Part shown: positions 28,457-38,483 of the stretch, in pieces
How the letters are laid out: each line of letters opens with the position of its first letter
Numbering within the stretch: the first letter of the stretch is position 1
From: Candidatus Enterousia sp.
GTDB taxonomy: Bacteria > Pseudomonadota > Alphaproteobacteria > Rs-D84
Assembly: GCA_045536625.1 (NCBI GenBank)
Contig: JAZSNY010000028.1
Span: 1 to 56,490 of the forward strand
Length of the DNA: 56,490 nt
Direction: 5' to 3'
Notes under the pieces: generated by a model
The model's database searches: none
Seen by the model: only the letters and a program-made list of their open reading frames with translations
What the model was told of the DNA's origin: nothing
Program-made: the position numbers and the translations under genes

Positions 28457-29184
28457 TTTAAATCCTTGTTATACAACTTGTCATACTCATTCAATGCGGC
28501 ATCCATTAATTCACGATTGGGCGAACGACGATCACCGATGAATGTATCCGAAAAGTCACCAAAATAACAATCTTCCCAATCGATAAAGGCGATTATTTTC
28601 ATTGTATTTGTGTCCACCATAAAATTATCACCTATGTCACCATGAAACCAACCGTATTGATATGCAGGCGCAGAATTTTTAGACGGTTTTAGGTCACGAA
28701 TCTGCGCCGGGTCCGAACGTCCAATTTCATATATAAAACGCGCCACCTGGGGGGCCAATTTTTTTATATTTTTCATCGCAACATCCAGTGGTATTTCACG
28801 CAGGCGTACCCCCGATATAAACGGATATCGACGAACCAATACACCACGGTATTCAAACACGGTAACCGGCGGGATATAAATCGGCGACAATGGGGACAGC
28901 GCATCAACAATACGCTTTTCACGCAATGCAAGTTCATCGGAATTTTCACGTCGCAACGGGAATTTATATATATATTCGTCATTTACACTAATCAATAAAT
29001 TACGCGCCTGGTATCCGACAAAGGTTTTCATTTTTCGTATTGGCGCACCCGTATTTTTTCGAATAAAACGAATATAAGACGTCATGGGGGAATTCAGCAC
29101 AACACGTAAACGTTTACGCGTATCCTTGTTATATACAAAGCCACAAATTATATTTGAAAAAAAACGTCTAAGTTTGCCAAACAT
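28453..29184 (-). CDS. APH/choline-kinase-like phosphotransferase (paralogue)
   Basis: YIYKFP, YPFISG, HGDIGDN, FIDWED; likely start MFGKL at 29184. Confidence 0.8.
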   Translation of the reverse strand: MFGKLRRFFSNIICGFVYNKDTRKRLRVVLNSPMTSYIRFIRKNTGAPIRKMKTFVGYQARNLLISVNDEYIYKFPLRRENSDELALREKRIVDALSPLSPIYIPPVTVFEYRGVLVRRYPFISGVRLREIPLDVAMKNIKKLAPQVARFIYEIGRSDPAQIRDLKPSKNSAPAYQYGWFHGDIGDNFMVDTNTMKIIAFIDWEDCYFGDFSDTFIGDRRSPNRELMDAALNEYDKLYNKDLK

Positions 29185-29274
29185 AACGTATTTTATCCTA
29201 AGAGAAAAAAACATAGTGCGCAAGAAAAACTTTCATTTGAAAAATATATTATTTAGTATAGAATGATGGCAAAC

Positions 29275-29349
29275 GGTCCCATCGTCTAGCGGTTAGGACA
29301 TCAGATTCTCATTCTGGTAACACGGGTTCGATTCCCGTTGGGACTGCCA
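29275..29349 (+). tRNA. tRNA-Glu(CUC)
   Basis: GGTCCCA/TGGGACT acceptor, TCAGA-TTCTCAT-TCTGG anticodon arm, GGTTCGATTCC, CCA. Confidence 0.97.
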
Positions 29350-29523
29350 TTATTTTTTTAACACTTACATTTCATAGACAATGAAGGCGTTGTGTCTTTC
29401 AATTTTATGATTTTTGTCGTCCCGGGATAAGTTTAACAAGCCACGCACCAAAGACTAACCCCTTGACAGTACAAGAAAATTATCATATTATGTACGTTGT
29501 ACACAATAACGGAGACGTACACT

Positions 29524-29943
29524 ATGATTTTATTCATTTCTTGGCACAACATAAGAAAATCAAAATTTATAAATTATGACAAAAACGGGTTGCTGATGGG
29601 TTGGCGAAACAATAATAAAGACAACACTGACGGCGGTGTAAAAATAGACTGGGATGCTTATGATGACTTTAATAGCAACAATCAGAAAGACAGGGGGGTG
29701 ATAGAGGTTCCTGCTGGCAACGAATCTGTGATTTATCAAGACGAAGACGGGAATTATTATGAAGTCGACATTGGTGAATTGGAAGACTATGATGACGAAG
29801 GAGAAATAGAGTATTCAAAGACAGGAACTTTAATCAAGCAAATTAAAACAACACCTAAAAAAAGCACGGCCATATCACAATCAAAAAAGCAACAATATAA
29901 TAATCAAATACGATACAATTCTTTAAGGAATCGTATTCGTTAG
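29524..29943 (+). CDS. Hypothetical protein, acidic core with basic tail (start 29524 or 29596)
   Basis: GGAG before ATG at 29524; D/E/Y-rich centre. Confidence 0.6.
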   Translation: MILFISWHNIRKSKFINYDKNGLLMGWRNNNKDNTDGGVKIDWDAYDDFNSNNQKDRGVIEVPAGNESVIYQDEDGNYYEVDIGELEDYDDEGEIEYSKTGTLIKQIKTTPKKSTAISQSKKQQYNNQIRYNSLRNRIR

Positions 29944-29963
29944 TTCAAAACAAGGAGGAGATA

Positions 29964-30152
29964 ATGACAGACAAATGCAAGGTATTAACACCTGAAATTG
30001 TTGCGAAATTAGACGACTTGATTGCCGAGTTTCGTAAAATTGAAATTGAAAATGATTATGACAAAAAAAATGTGGAAAGCAGAATCGCCGTGCTGGAATG
30101 GTTAAAATCCGGAAAGGCAGGAAGGTTGGAAGTTGGCAAGAAACCACAATAA
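29964..30152 (+). CDS. Small hypothetical protein (62 aa)
   Basis: Perfect AAGGAGG RBS. Confidence 0.75.
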   Translation: MTDKCKVLTPEIVAKLDDLIAEFRKIEIENDYDKKNVESRIAVLEWLKSGKAGRLEVGKKPQ

Positions 30153-30176
30153 TGAATAAATAAAAAAGAAAACATC

Positions 30177-30836
30177 ATGAAGAAGATAAAAACACCCTTG
30201 CGTCTTTTGGCGGTGGTCGCGCCGTCGGTGGCGATTATATTAATTGGAATTGGCGCATTACAAATTGATGACGCGCGAAAAAGCGCAGAAATTCACGCGT
30301 TCGCCCTGGAACAAAAGTTACATCAACAAAATGTTATGGCACGTGATGAAATTGCACGGTTGGACAAATCGATTGCGGCACACTATGACATAATTGAGCA
30401 AATAGAAAACGCCAAGGAAAAACGCATCAGCGATTCTTTAAACAACAATCGCAATTACACGACACGCAAACAGATTTTACGCGCCATTGATTCTATGAAC
30501 GGCGATAACAAGGTTTATATAAAACGCGCATATAGGGCGGCGATTGCAAATCATCCCTATTATGACGTGTCAAAAATTCCATGTACTGAACGCGTAATGT
30601 ACAAGTTCTTTCATGACGATACGGTAAAACGTGAATATCGTAAATATCATGAAAACGTCAGAAAAATAGACGACATGAAGGTAACGCTGGCAAAAATACC
30701 ACGCACAAGCAACCTGCCGGCGAATGTCAGGATATATTTTGAAAATCTGACCAATGCGCAAATACAAGATCAATTAAAAGCGATAAAAAAATTACTGCGA
30801 AAGAAAGACAGTTTAGTTACGCATAAAATAAAATAA
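30177..30836 (+). CDS. Hypothetical protein, N-terminal TM plus coiled coil
   Basis: 219-aa ORF followed by a bidirectional terminator at about 30835-30862. Confidence 0.75.
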   Translation: MKKIKTPLRLLAVVAPSVAIILIGIGALQIDDARKSAEIHAFALEQKLHQQNVMARDEIARLDKSIAAHYDIIEQIENAKEKRISDSLNNNRNYTTRKQILRAIDSMNGDNKVYIKRAYRAAIANHPYYDVSKIPCTERVMYKFFHDDTVKREYRKYHENVRKIDDMKVTLAKIPRTSNLPANVRIYFENLTNAQIQDQLKAIKKLLRKKDSLVTHKIK

Positions 30837-30867
30837 AAAAAAACGGCAACGCCGGTTTTTTTATAAA

Positions 30868-31590
30868 TCAAATTACACGTACAACCCGACAAAATGTCAC
30901 ACCGTATACCGCAGATGCGCCCGCACGTATCAACACGCGACGCATTTCGGCAAATGTGGCGCCCGTTGTCATAACATCATCAACCAACAATATTTTTCGC
31001 CCACGAATTTTATTTGGATTCACGACGGAAAATACACCATGAATATTTTCCATGCGCTGACGTGCGTTTTTATGTCCCATATCGGGACGATATTTTCGGC
31101 GCACAGAATCTAAATCCATTGGCACGCCCAGGGCACGTGCGATTGGATGTGCCAGTAAAGTCGCCTGGTTATAACCACGTTTAAACAAACGACGTGATGC
31201 CAATGGCACAGGCATAACAACATCCGCATCAACGTCCATATCACGCAAAGCCCAAATCATTGCACGCGACATAAATTGTGAATATTTTATGCGACCGCCG
31301 TGTTTAAACGGCAACATTGCCGAACGCGAAGCATCATCGTAAATACATGCACTGCGAATCCAATCCAATTCATTTTTACCCGATGCACAAACCGGGCACA
31401 GCGGCGCACCACCCAAATCTAAGTCCGCAGGAAAAGGATATCCGCATTTTATACACCTGGGATCTGATATCCAATTTATCGACGTCCAACAGGCGCCACA
31501 CAGTTCCCCATGTGTTGACACCGGCGTATCACATAGTGGACACGCCGGCGGAAATAGAAAATCAACAATGGGTTTAAAAAGTTTTACCAC
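30868..31590 (-). CDS. comF: ComF-family protein (double zinc ribbon plus PRTase)
   Basis: CPLC/CGAC/CIKC/CPVC, VPLASRRLFKRGYNQA, LLVDDVMTTGAT. Confidence 0.95.
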   Translation of the reverse strand: MVKLFKPIVDFLFPPACPLCDTPVSTHGELCGACWTSINWISDPRCIKCGYPFPADLDLGGAPLCPVCASGKNELDWIRSACIYDDASRSAMLPFKHGGRIKYSQFMSRAMIWALRDMDVDADVVMPVPLASRRLFKRGYNQATLLAHPIARALGVPMDLDSVRRKYRPDMGHKNARQRMENIHGVFSVVNPNKIRGRKILLVDDVMTTGATFAEMRRVLIRAGASAVYGVTFCRVVRVI

Positions 31591-32882
31591 GACATGCTTT
31601 TATATGTTTTTTTGGAAACAGTATCACCGAACATATTGCGCGATTGCTTGGTCAATGTTTCGTATTCATCGCTGGATATAATACGCAAAACAAAACTGGG
31701 CTCATCACGAGATGATAATACCGGAACAATACGCTGTTTCGATACACCATTATCGGTCAGCGCCTGCTCTACAATCGCCAGACGTCGCGCCGCCAATTTA
31801 CGATCATCCGTTTTTTCCGTCATATATTGCGGTATTGCAATTTGAATTGCACGCGTGGGTTTGTTTACAACAATCGCCGCATATTCAGTCAACAAATTAT
31901 AATTGGCACGCGACAGGGCGGAATCTGCGTTGCGGAAACTAATCTTAACCTCTAACGGTCTGATTCCCGCCGAACCTTCGGACAGGTCACGGGCCGCGGT
32001 AAAACCTTCAACAGATGCGGACATATCACTGGCCGTGTCAAAACGCGAATCTATGGAAAATGTTGACAGGTGTTTATTATCGGCCAAAAAGGTTCTTCGA
32101 AACGCGCGACGTAATTCGGTCGGATTCATTTTGGTCATATCTTCACGAACGGCCGCGATACGAGGTGATTGAACCTTGTTAACAGTGCGCATCACAACAT
32201 CTTCTGTTTCCATTGGCACAACCATACGATGCAGGGAAACGGGTTCATCCGCGACAGGCGCGACATGTGCAATCGTTGTTGACACAGGTTCAATTTGTTC
32301 GGGCACAGGTACGGATTCAATAACGGTTTTATGTGAAACAGTACGAACACTGTCGTTTGCGCGTTTTTGTAATTCATTTAATCGGGCAAGTTGCGCATCC
32401 ATATCGGGTACATCCGGCGTTACGGGCGCGACACGTGGCGTTACCGTGGCGGGCGCCGCAATCGGCGCACTTGGCACAGTGGCAATTTTTTTATCCAAGC
32501 TTTCTTCGGGCAAAATGTCATCGGTTCGAATAACAGAAAATTCGTTTGGCGTTGGCATACGTAATTTCGAATCGCCGTGCGCCCATAAATCATTACTGGG
32601 GCGGCGTGGTGATAATACATCGTTTGACGCAACAATGTTTTCACCGGCATCAATCGCCGGTGATGGCGCAACACTGCGCGCGACAACACGTTTTGTACGT
32701 GTCGAAGGAACCCGCGTTTTTTGTGCAACAGAAACTTTTTTCGCGGGTTCTTCTATCTCTTCCCCAAATGCAGCGCGCGCGGAAACGCCACCCGACGCAA
32801 TGTTTACAACGGGCAAACGACCGCCCGCAAACACAGGCAGTACAACGAACACCGACAATAAACTAATTGTAAAACGACGCAT
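31584..32882 (-). CDS. Exported protein with P/V/T-rich linker and a degenerate OmpA-C-like domain
   Basis: Signal peptide; ISFRNADSALS...KLAARRLAIVEQALTDNGVSKQRI resembles OmpA_C. Confidence 0.6.
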   Translation of the reverse strand: MRRFTISLLSVFVVLPVFAGGRLPVVNIASGGVSARAAFGEEIEEPAKKVSVAQKTRVPSTRTKRVVARSVAPSPAIDAGENIVASNDVLSPRRPSNDLWAHGDSKLRMPTPNEFSVIRTDDILPEESLDKKIATVPSAPIAAPATVTPRVAPVTPDVPDMDAQLARLNELQKRANDSVRTVSHKTVIESVPVPEQIEPVSTTIAHVAPVADEPVSLHRMVVPMETEDVVMRTVNKVQSPRIAAVREDMTKMNPTELRRAFRRTFLADNKHLSTFSIDSRFDTASDMSASVEGFTAARDLSEGSAGIRPLEVKISFRNADSALSRANYNLLTEYAAIVVNKPTRAIQIAIPQYMTEKTDDRKLAARRLAIVEQALTDNGVSKQRIVPVLSSRDEPSFVLRIISSDEYETLTKQSRNMFGDTVSKKTYKSMSW

Positions 32883-32982
32883 TTTTCTTTCCTTCCTGGT
32901 TCAATCATAGAACAAATGACGAATCGTGCGCAAGTAGAAAAATGTTTTTACATAAAAACACCCACCAAATGGTGGGCTTTTT

Positions 32983-34026
32983 TTAACCGGTAACAACATC
33001 CGAGATAAGAGACACCGCATTATTTTCAACGCGCGCGCGTGCCGCCATTTTTTCCAGACGTAACGGATTGTCAAACAATTCCGTCAATATAGCTGCCAAC
33101 CAACGCGGTGTAAACTTGGATTGTTCAACTGCAAAACCACCGCCGTTTTTGGCAAAGGATGCAGCATTGGCGGCCTGGTCCGGATTAATATTTAATGGTA
33201 CCAATATTGCAGGACGCCCGATGGTTTGTAATTCTACAACAGTACTGGCCCCACTGCGACCAATTACCAAATCCGCACCGGAAATTGCGCCCGCCATATC
33301 ATGAATAAAGGATAATACATTTGCACGAATTTTATTTTCAGCATAAAAACGTTGCAGACGTTCCACATTTTCGGGACGTGTTTGGTGTGTGACAAAAATC
33401 TTTTTGTTTTTCATTCCGGCAATTGCTGTGGGGACAACTTCATCCAAAATTTGCGCCCCCAGGGACCCACCCGTCACCAACAATTTTGATGCGCCGGGCA
33501 GTGGAGAACCCGCCACAGATAGAAAATCCGGACGAACCGGCAAACCGGTATAAACAACACGTGCGCCCGATGCAGGAATACCCGAAACGTTGGGAAAACT
33601 GGTCATCAATGTATTAACCCAACGCATAGTAAACTTATTCGCACGCCCAATTGCCGCATTTTGTTCATGAAGAAAGGTCGGTATACGCCATACATGCGCC
33701 GCAAACACCGCCGGCACAGATGCATACCCCCCAAATGCAACAACACGATCAGGGCGCGATATCATAAACCGCAAAATTAATGCACATGCAGACACCCCTA
33801 TCTTGGTCAAAGCCCATAGTTGTCTGACACGACTTTTTGCACCAACACCCGATGCCCACACATGCGAAATGCGCGTACCGGACGGCGCACCGCGACGAAC
33901 CATCTGGCGGACACGTCCATCACACGATATAGTTATCCGATGTCCACGTAACGCCAATTCTGATGCGACACTTAATGCAGGAAACACGTGCCCACCAGTT
34001 CCACCCGTTGCAATCCATATCTTCAT
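32983..34026 (-). CDS. murG: UDP-GlcNAc:lipid I GlcNAc transferase
   Basis: GGTGGHVFPA, FGGYAS, HEQN, GGSLGA, RSGAST. Confidence 0.96.
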   Translation of the reverse strand: MKIWIATGGTGGHVFPALSVASELALRGHRITISCDGRVRQMVRRGAPSGTRISHVWASGVGAKSRVRQLWALTKIGVSACALILRFMISRPDRVVAFGGYASVPAVFAAHVWRIPTFLHEQNAAIGRANKFTMRWVNTLMTSFPNVSGIPASGARVVYTGLPVRPDFLSVAGSPLPGASKLLVTGGSLGAQILDEVVPTAIAGMKNKKIFVTHQTRPENVERLQRFYAENKIRANVLSFIHDMAGAISGADLVIGRSGASTVVELQTIGRPAILVPLNINPDQAANAASFAKNGGGFAVEQSKFTPRWLAAILTELFDNPLRLEKMAARARVENNAVSLISDVVTG

Positions 34027-34048
34027 AATACACCCCATATTTTTTTGT

Positions 34049-35191
34049 TTATTTCCACCTGTCTTCGCGAACCAAGGCCAAAATCATCCCAAACAGCAAG
34101 CAGTATGCTAAAAGCGAACTGCCCCCATAAGAAATAAACGGCAACGTCATACCCTTGGGCGCGAACAAATTTAATGTTGTTAACATATTGAAACAAATTT
34201 GAGTCCCAAACAATGCGGCCGCACCGCCCGTCGCGTACAAGACAAATAAATCACGCGCATTTGTCGCATTCGTTATCAGGCGACGAAACACATAAAACAA
34301 CAGCACCAATAATCCACACGCCATTATCGCCCCCATGTCTTCGGCAATGGCCGCAAAAATAAAATCCGTATGTACGTCGGGCAAATATTGCTTAACAAAC
34401 GCGTCATCGCCCGACCCCAACAATCCCCCATGACGAATAGAATCAACAGAATTGTCAACCTGGTACGTGTCACCTGTGCCCGTAAAGAATGCCAATATAC
34501 GACGATGCACGTGCCCCAATGTAAAAAACGCCACAACCAACATCAATAACCCCAGACCACCAATAACCGGTATCAGTACAAGGGGCAATCCCGCAATAAA
34601 AATCATCGCCGTAAATACGCCTAAGTACAAAATAGATGTACCAAAATCCGGATGATTAAATACAATGAATAAAAATAAAGCGAACGCTGCCAAATAATAT
34701 GACCAACTGAGCCAGGTATTAAAACGCCACGCTTCTTTGTTAAAGAAAATATTATCACCATAACGTTTTTTCATAAGAGATAAGAAATATGCCGTCATTA
34801 TGATAAAACCCGGCTTCATAATATCAGCCGGCATGATGTTCACAAAACCCAAAGACACAAATCGTGCCGAGTTATTAATCATATGCGGCACAATAACCGT
34901 CAGTGGCAACAAAGCCAAACCAAAGGCCAAATTCGCCCCGGCAAGCCACAAAACCTGTTTCCTGTTTAAAAAACTGGCACCAAAAAGGGTAATAAGTCCC
35001 GCAATATAGAAAGGTGTTGCCTTGGCCAAAAAATAATACCATGGTTCGCCCATATGTTCGGCCTTAATCGAACCGGCCGACACCACAAACACCACCGACA
35101 ACAAAATCATAACCAACACGCATCCCAACAGGCGACGATCGGTCTCAAAATACCAACTGGTTAATTTACTTTCTTCACTGCGTTTTAACAT
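34049..35191 (-). CDS. ftsW: SEDS-family cell division protein FtsW
   Basis: HPDFGT, LPDVHTDFIFA, KGMTLPFISYGGSS; lies between mraY and murG. Confidence 0.93.
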   Translation of the reverse strand: MLKRSEESKLTSWYFETDRRLLGCVLVMILLSVVFVVSAGSIKAEHMGEPWYYFLAKATPFYIAGLITLFGASFLNRKQVLWLAGANLAFGLALLPLTVIVPHMINNSARFVSLGFVNIMPADIMKPGFIIMTAYFLSLMKKRYGDNIFFNKEAWRFNTWLSWSYYLAAFALFLFIVFNHPDFGTSILYLGVFTAMIFIAGLPLVLIPVIGGLGLLMLVVAFFTLGHVHRRILAFFTGTGDTYQVDNSVDSIRHGGLLGSGDDAFVKQYLPDVHTDFIFAAIAEDMGAIMACGLLVLLFYVFRRLITNATNARDLFVLYATGGAAALFGTQICFNMLTTLNLFAPKGMTLPFISYGGSSLLAYCLLFGMILALVREDRWK

Positions 35192-35203
35192 ATCTTCCTG
35201 TCT

Positions 35204-36292
35204 TTATGCGAACTTTAACAACACCAATGCCAACCCAGAAAACAGTATCGACAATATGAAAAACCTGTCCACAATTTTTGTTTCGGGCCACCCCAACTCT
35301 TCAAAATGATGATGTAATGGGGCACGCAAAAATATGCGACGCCCCGTCCCGGTCGCACGACGCGTTATTTTAAAGAACATAGTTTGGGCAAACGATGACA
35401 ACAAAATTAAAACCATCATACCGGCGGCAACCCCCATGATAATTTCGGACTTTAATAACATTGCAACCGTTCCCATAAAGCCCCCCAAGGCCAACGATCC
35501 CACGTCCCCCATAAAAATCGACGCAGGTTTTGCATTATACCACAAGAATCCTAGAACTGCGCCAAAGGCACCACCAAGAACGGCGTACAGACCACTGGCT
35601 GCGGGCAGAAACATAACTGTGTCCATAAAACCAATTCGGGTTGCACCATACAGCGCAACAACCAACACAACCAACACCGGCAAATATAATTTAGACAACA
35701 TTCCGTCAAGCCCGTCCGTTATATTCGTTGCATTTGCACCACCGCAAATCACAAAATATGCAAATACGTAATATAATAATCCCAATGGTAAAATTATGCC
35801 CGCACCAATTGCCAACGAGTATTCCGGAATATATGGGGGCATTGTTTTGTTTATAAAATATGCAAGAATCGCAACAAAAAAACCTTCGACAACAAGGCGT
35901 GTTAAAGGCGATAGACCGTTGGCGGCCTTGTTCGATTGAGATGTAACCTTTTTATAATCATCAACAAACCCCAGGGCACCAAACATAATCAGGGCCGCCA
36001 ACGCAATCCAACCCGTCGGATTATGCAACGGCATGAACAGTAATGCACCAATTAAAATCGCAACAATAATTAAAATTCCACCCATGGTTGGCGTGCCCGC
36101 CTTTTTCAAATGGGCATTGGGTACATTTTCGCTGATAGGTTGGCCTTTTTTTTGAAGCGCGCGCATCGCACGAACAAATGGCCGTCCAAATAACAGCACA
36201 ATCATAAAAGAAACAAAAAAAGCACCGGCAAATTGAGTCCAACCACTGGCAAAAAATGAATATCCATAACTTAAGAAATAATCGGTTAGCAT
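35204..36292 (-). CDS. mraY: Phospho-N-acetylmuramoyl-pentapeptide transferase
   Basis: KAGTPTMGG, GFVDDY, NITDGLDG, FMGDVGSLALG, APLHHHFE. Confidence 0.97.
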   Translation of the reverse strand: MLTDYFLSYGYSFFASGWTQFAGAFFVSFMIVLLFGRPFVRAMRALQKKGQPISENVPNAHLKKAGTPTMGGILIIVAILIGALLFMPLHNPTGWIALAALIMFGALGFVDDYKKVTSQSNKAANGLSPLTRLVVEGFFVAILAYFINKTMPPYIPEYSLAIGAGIILPLGLLYYVFAYFVICGGANATNITDGLDGMLSKLYLPVLVVLVVALYGATRIGFMDTVMFLPAASGLYAVLGGAFGAVLGFLWYNAKPASIFMGDVGSLALGGFMGTVAMLLKSEIIMGVAAGMMVLILLSSFAQTMFFKITRRATGTGRRIFLRAPLHHHFEELGWPETKIVDRFFILSILFSGLALVLLKFA

Positions 36293-36360
36293 AAAAAATC
36301 CTTTTCCTTATGCCAACATTTTATCACAAAAGATTTGATATACAAATGTTAATCTGATAA

Positions 36361-38400
36361 TTAAAAAACACCACCTACGACCGGACTGTGACCAGATAAC
36401 GATTTTCGTGGCGCCGGGTTTGGTGATTGACCGGGTTTAAAGACCTCTTGTATTATCATGCCGTCTGGATCGGATGCGGCGGCGGCACCGCTGCGACGAT
36501 TAACACGCATAAAGGTCAAACCATCTGGGACGGCAAATGGCTGATTCTTTTCATTTGCCAATGCCACACGCATAAAATCCGAAAACACGCGCGCCGCCAT
36601 GTGCGAACCTGCGCCACGTCCCAACGATTTTGGCGTATCAAAACCCAAATATACACCGGCAATCAAATTTTTTGAAAAACCAACAAACCACACATCTTTG
36701 ACATCATTGGTTGTCCCGGTCTTACCCGCAATAGTATGCCCAGGAACACGCGCCTGTTTGCCCGTACCACGTTCAACCGCGCCCTGTAATATAGACACCA
36801 TTTGATACAGACTTTGCGCATCTGATAATGGTTCGGATTCCGTTGCGGTTTCGGGTGGCATTAAATCTTCGGACCAGGTTACAATTTCAGACGGCGTGCC
36901 CCCAATAACACGACCATACCTGTCTTCGATATAGTCAACCAATTTTGGTTGGATTAAGCGGCCGCCATTTATAAAGGCCGAATACCCCAAAACCAATTTT
37001 TCCAATGTTGTTTCACCAGACCCCAGGGCCATAGACAAATTCATATCACGCATATCCGATGGATAAACACCGAAACGTTGGGCGACTTCAATCGCATTTT
37101 GGGTACCAATTTGTTCCACCAAACGCACGGTCGGCACGTTACGCGATGTTTCCAACGACAAACGAAGGGGGACATCACCCAAAAACTTTTTATCATAATT
37201 TTCCGGTTTCCACAGTGTGTCATTTTCGCGCCAACCAACAATCGGGGCATCCAGTATCATTGACTGGGGACTGAAACCGCGTTCAAGTGCGGCCAAATAA
37301 ACAAATGGTTTGATGGTGGAACCTATTTGGCGATAGGCCTGGGTGGCACGGTTAAAAGAACTCTCGGAAAAAGAGCGCCCACCCGCCATCGCAACAATGC
37401 GACCCGTATGTGGATTCATGGCGATAATCGCACCCTGCAATTTGTCATTGCGGCCCGCGTTATACGCATCCAGTTCCCGCGCCAAGGCCGCCGATGCCGC
37501 ACGTTGCAATTCCGGAACAATGGTCGTTTTGATGTACAGGCCCTGGTTATATAAAACTTCGCGCCCCAAACTGTTTAACAACTGACGACGAACATCTTCG
37601 GCAAAATATTGAAAATCCTCTTCCATCTGGGCGGTAAATCCACTGTTGATATTTAATTCTTCGGCAGCGGCGGCGTCCGCTTCGGATTGGGTGATAAAAC
37701 CCTCTTCTACCATGCGGCGCAGAACATAATTTCGGCGTTCGACCGCACGGGTACGATTGTTTGGCGCCTTGGGCAGGGATGCAAGGAACGCACACTGGGC
37801 CAGGGATAATTCATTTACCGGTTTATTAAAATACATTAATGCCGCCGAACCAACGCCATAGGCACGGGCCCCCAAAAAGATTTGATTTAAATAAAGCGTT
37901 AAAATATGTTCCTTGGAAAAAGTTCGTTCCAGACGCAGGGCAAGTATAGCCTCTTTTATTTTACGGGAAATCGTACGTTCGGACGTTAGGAAGAAATTCT
38001 TGGCAACCTGTTGTGTGATTGTTGATGCACCGGACAGTGTTGTGTCATATCCCAACATACGCATACCATTGTTTACAACGGCACGAATTATACCCTGGAC
38101 ATCAATGCCGGGATGCGTCCAAAAATTCTGGTCTTCGGCCGCGATAAACGCATTTACCAACTGGGGCGGTAAATCCGCATAGTCGATAAAGACACGACGT
38201 TCTTCGGCATATTCAATTAATAACGAACCGTCCGATGCATACAAACGCGTGGCGACCGGCGGGGCATATGTTGCCAGCTTTTTATAATCAGGCAAATCAT
38301 TACCGTAAATCAAGATTAATGCCGCCAATGTGGCAATTCCCACAACAAACGACCAAAAGAAAATATTTAATAAAACACGTAAGATTTTTTTAAATTTCAT
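36361..38400 (-). CDS. mrcA: Class A penicillin-binding protein (PBP1A)
   Basis: AEDQNF, GASTITQQVAKN, STIK, SRN and KTGT motifs. Confidence 0.93.
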   Translation of the reverse strand: MKFKKILRVLLNIFFWSFVVGIATLAALILIYGNDLPDYKKLATYAPPVATRLYASDGSLLIEYAEERRVFIDYADLPPQLVNAFIAAEDQNFWTHPGIDVQGIIRAVVNNGMRMLGYDTTLSGASTITQQVAKNFFLTSERTISRKIKEAILALRLERTFSKEHILTLYLNQIFLGARAYGVGSAALMYFNKPVNELSLAQCAFLASLPKAPNNRTRAVERRNYVLRRMVEEGFITQSEADAAAAEELNINSGFTAQMEEDFQYFAEDVRRQLLNSLGREVLYNQGLYIKTTIVPELQRAASAALARELDAYNAGRNDKLQGAIIAMNPHTGRIVAMAGGRSFSESSFNRATQAYRQIGSTIKPFVYLAALERGFSPQSMILDAPIVGWRENDTLWKPENYDKKFLGDVPLRLSLETSRNVPTVRLVEQIGTQNAIEVAQRFGVYPSDMRDMNLSMALGSGETTLEKLVLGYSAFINGGRLIQPKLVDYIEDRYGRVIGGTPSEIVTWSEDLMPPETATESEPLSDAQSLYQMVSILQGAVERGTGKQARVPGHTIAGKTGTTNDVKDVWFVGFSKNLIAGVYLGFDTPKSLGRGAGSHMAARVFSDFMRVALANEKNQPFAVPDGLTFMRVNRRSGAAAASDPDGMIIQEVFKPGQSPNPAPRKSLSGHSPVVGGVF

Positions 38401-38483
38401 AATAAATAAATTTTACGATAAAAAAGGGCCGTTTGCAAATATTTTAAGTAATAAAAAATCCCGCCATGTGACGGGAAAAATCC

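Noticed and set aside
32983-36292. murD missing between mraY and ftsW
   Set aside because: Fragmented dcw clusters are common in reduced genomes; cannot infer loss from one window
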